A DNA stretch of 64,000 nt. It comes from Botryllus schlosseri. Its lineage: Eukaryota. A program made the translations under genes and the position numbers. The stretch is taken from the NCBI GenBank assembly GCA_051294905.1, contig CM119382.1, forward strand, positions 6,758,001 to 6,822,000, read 5' to 3'. Shown here one piece after another: positions 62,685-64,000 of the stretch (its first letter is position 1; each line of letters begins with the position of its first letter). Under the pieces are notes generated by a model. That model saw nothing but the letters and a program-made list of their open reading frames with translations. It made no database searches and was not told the DNA's origin.

Positions 62685-64000
62685 CAGTGCTTTTCAACCT
62701 TTTTGAGCTTCATTCGCACTTTTTTTGGAAAATAAATTTCATTCGCACAAGCCTACCGAATATTGTTATACAAAAAGAAGATGAAGTTCCATAAGAATAT
62801 TCTGTTCAGATGTGCAGCAAATTGGCTACCATAGCTGTTAGGCCATGAAGTGTCTCATTAAAAAGGCAACTCTTTTCCCTCGTTTTGATTTCAACTATTT
62901 CACTAAAACGCTTGTCGGCAGATTTTTTACAATAACGCCCACCATAGTGCTTGGATGGCCAGGTCTTAAGAACTGTTCTGCACTCCTATCCAAAATACAG
63001 CGTATTTTCCGCGGGTGAAAATCGCTTGCTGGCAGAAATCGTTTTTGAGAGATGACACAAAGGTCACGGAGGCTCCAGTTTGTCGAAAGGGTGAAAAATA
63101 CACATGCTTGTGTTGAGGCTTGTGCCTGATCTCTTGGAAAATAAGCTCCAATACCGTTAAGGAGGGTATAGGCATATTAGAACTCGTTACCTTATGATAC
63201 GTTACTTCAACTTGAGTTTTTTTTTTCGATATCCCATTTTCTGTCTCGTGAGTATATGAGAAGATCAAACAAAGTCACAATACTGTTTGATCGACTCTTT
63301 AGTTCAATCTAACTTGAATATTTATAACAGTTTAATAACCTTTAAGCAGATTTTTTGACTACCACCAAAATCTGAATTTTTGTGGCATCTCGCAACCCGA
63401 GTCTCACCCATGAAAAGGAATTATTTTTTAGTATTAGAGTAGTACGCTACGATTTTACGAGCATGTATGACATACAGAACGCGCACACCACAATTCTACC
63501 CAACACAGTTCTATAAAATATGTCTGACGCACGCAATTTCAAATTAGGGTGAAGTAAATTCCTCTGTGTGTCGCATTTGTACTACTGTCTGCTCATATTG
63601 CAAGAACGGGACTATTCCGTGCCGACAACGGATCATATCCATATCGAAAGGCTTGGCCATTCAGCGATGGTGATTGTAGGCCAAGTTTTTGTCGCCGCTG
63701 ATGTTTTTGGCACCGTATTGTAACAGCAGCTCCGGATTTTATCAGCGGTATGTTGGCCAAAACTTCAGGCATTCATGTGATCCGACGCAGAAGGTGTTGG
63801 GGTTGGCCTCGAAATGAATGAATATCATAGGCCTGAACTCGCTTGTTGCACAATGCATACCCCTACACTAGTTCATCCCAACGGTCTTGGTCCATGTTTT
63901 CCATAAAAAAAAACATTCGGACAAATCTTATCATGAATTCAAACCAAAGGTCGGCTGATTCTCATGATCAAGCCATTTTTGTGCGTGTCTCGCTTATTGC
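62685..64000. mobile_element. hAT/Charlie element, inverted relative of 42386-44980, running off the window
   Basis: TIR CAGTGCTTTTCAACCT; internal blocks match about 44400-44950 and 43640-44260 in reverse. Confidence 0.75.

Overview
AT-rich, intron-containing animal genomic DNA, dense in transposons. It is most likely a tunicate (stolidobranch ascidian); this is inferred from the 55-70 nt introns, the intronless Sec-type selenophosphate synthetase and an orphan 7TM gene. Genes read from the sequence: (1) the last 11 coding exons of a soluble adenylyl cyclase (ADCY10-like, +, 147-9011); (2) an intact tRNA-Pro(TGG); (3) a large multi-C2H2 zinc-finger gene (-, 3.7-kb exon 28400-24720 plus small downstream exons to about 19728); (4) immediately upstream on the same strand, an intronless SPS2 gene (30338-28905) with an in-frame UGA-Sec codon, a form-2 SECIS and a Q/N/P-rich tail; (5) an intronless orphan 7TM receptor (45466-46545); (6) a RING-finger gene (-, 62430-57730). 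The rest holds about 20 hAT MITEs or deletion derivatives (most with intact 8-bp TSDs), CR1/L2-type LINE 3' ends, tRNA-derived SINEs and Penelope-like retroelement remnants. The Penelope remnants carry minimal hammerhead-ribozyme motifs, one of them in sense inside an ADCY10 intron. A 3.6-kb foldback-type element with a 9-bp TSD splits a Penelope endonuclease ORF and carries nested cargo. All analysis was done by eye: no searches, folding programs or alignments were run.
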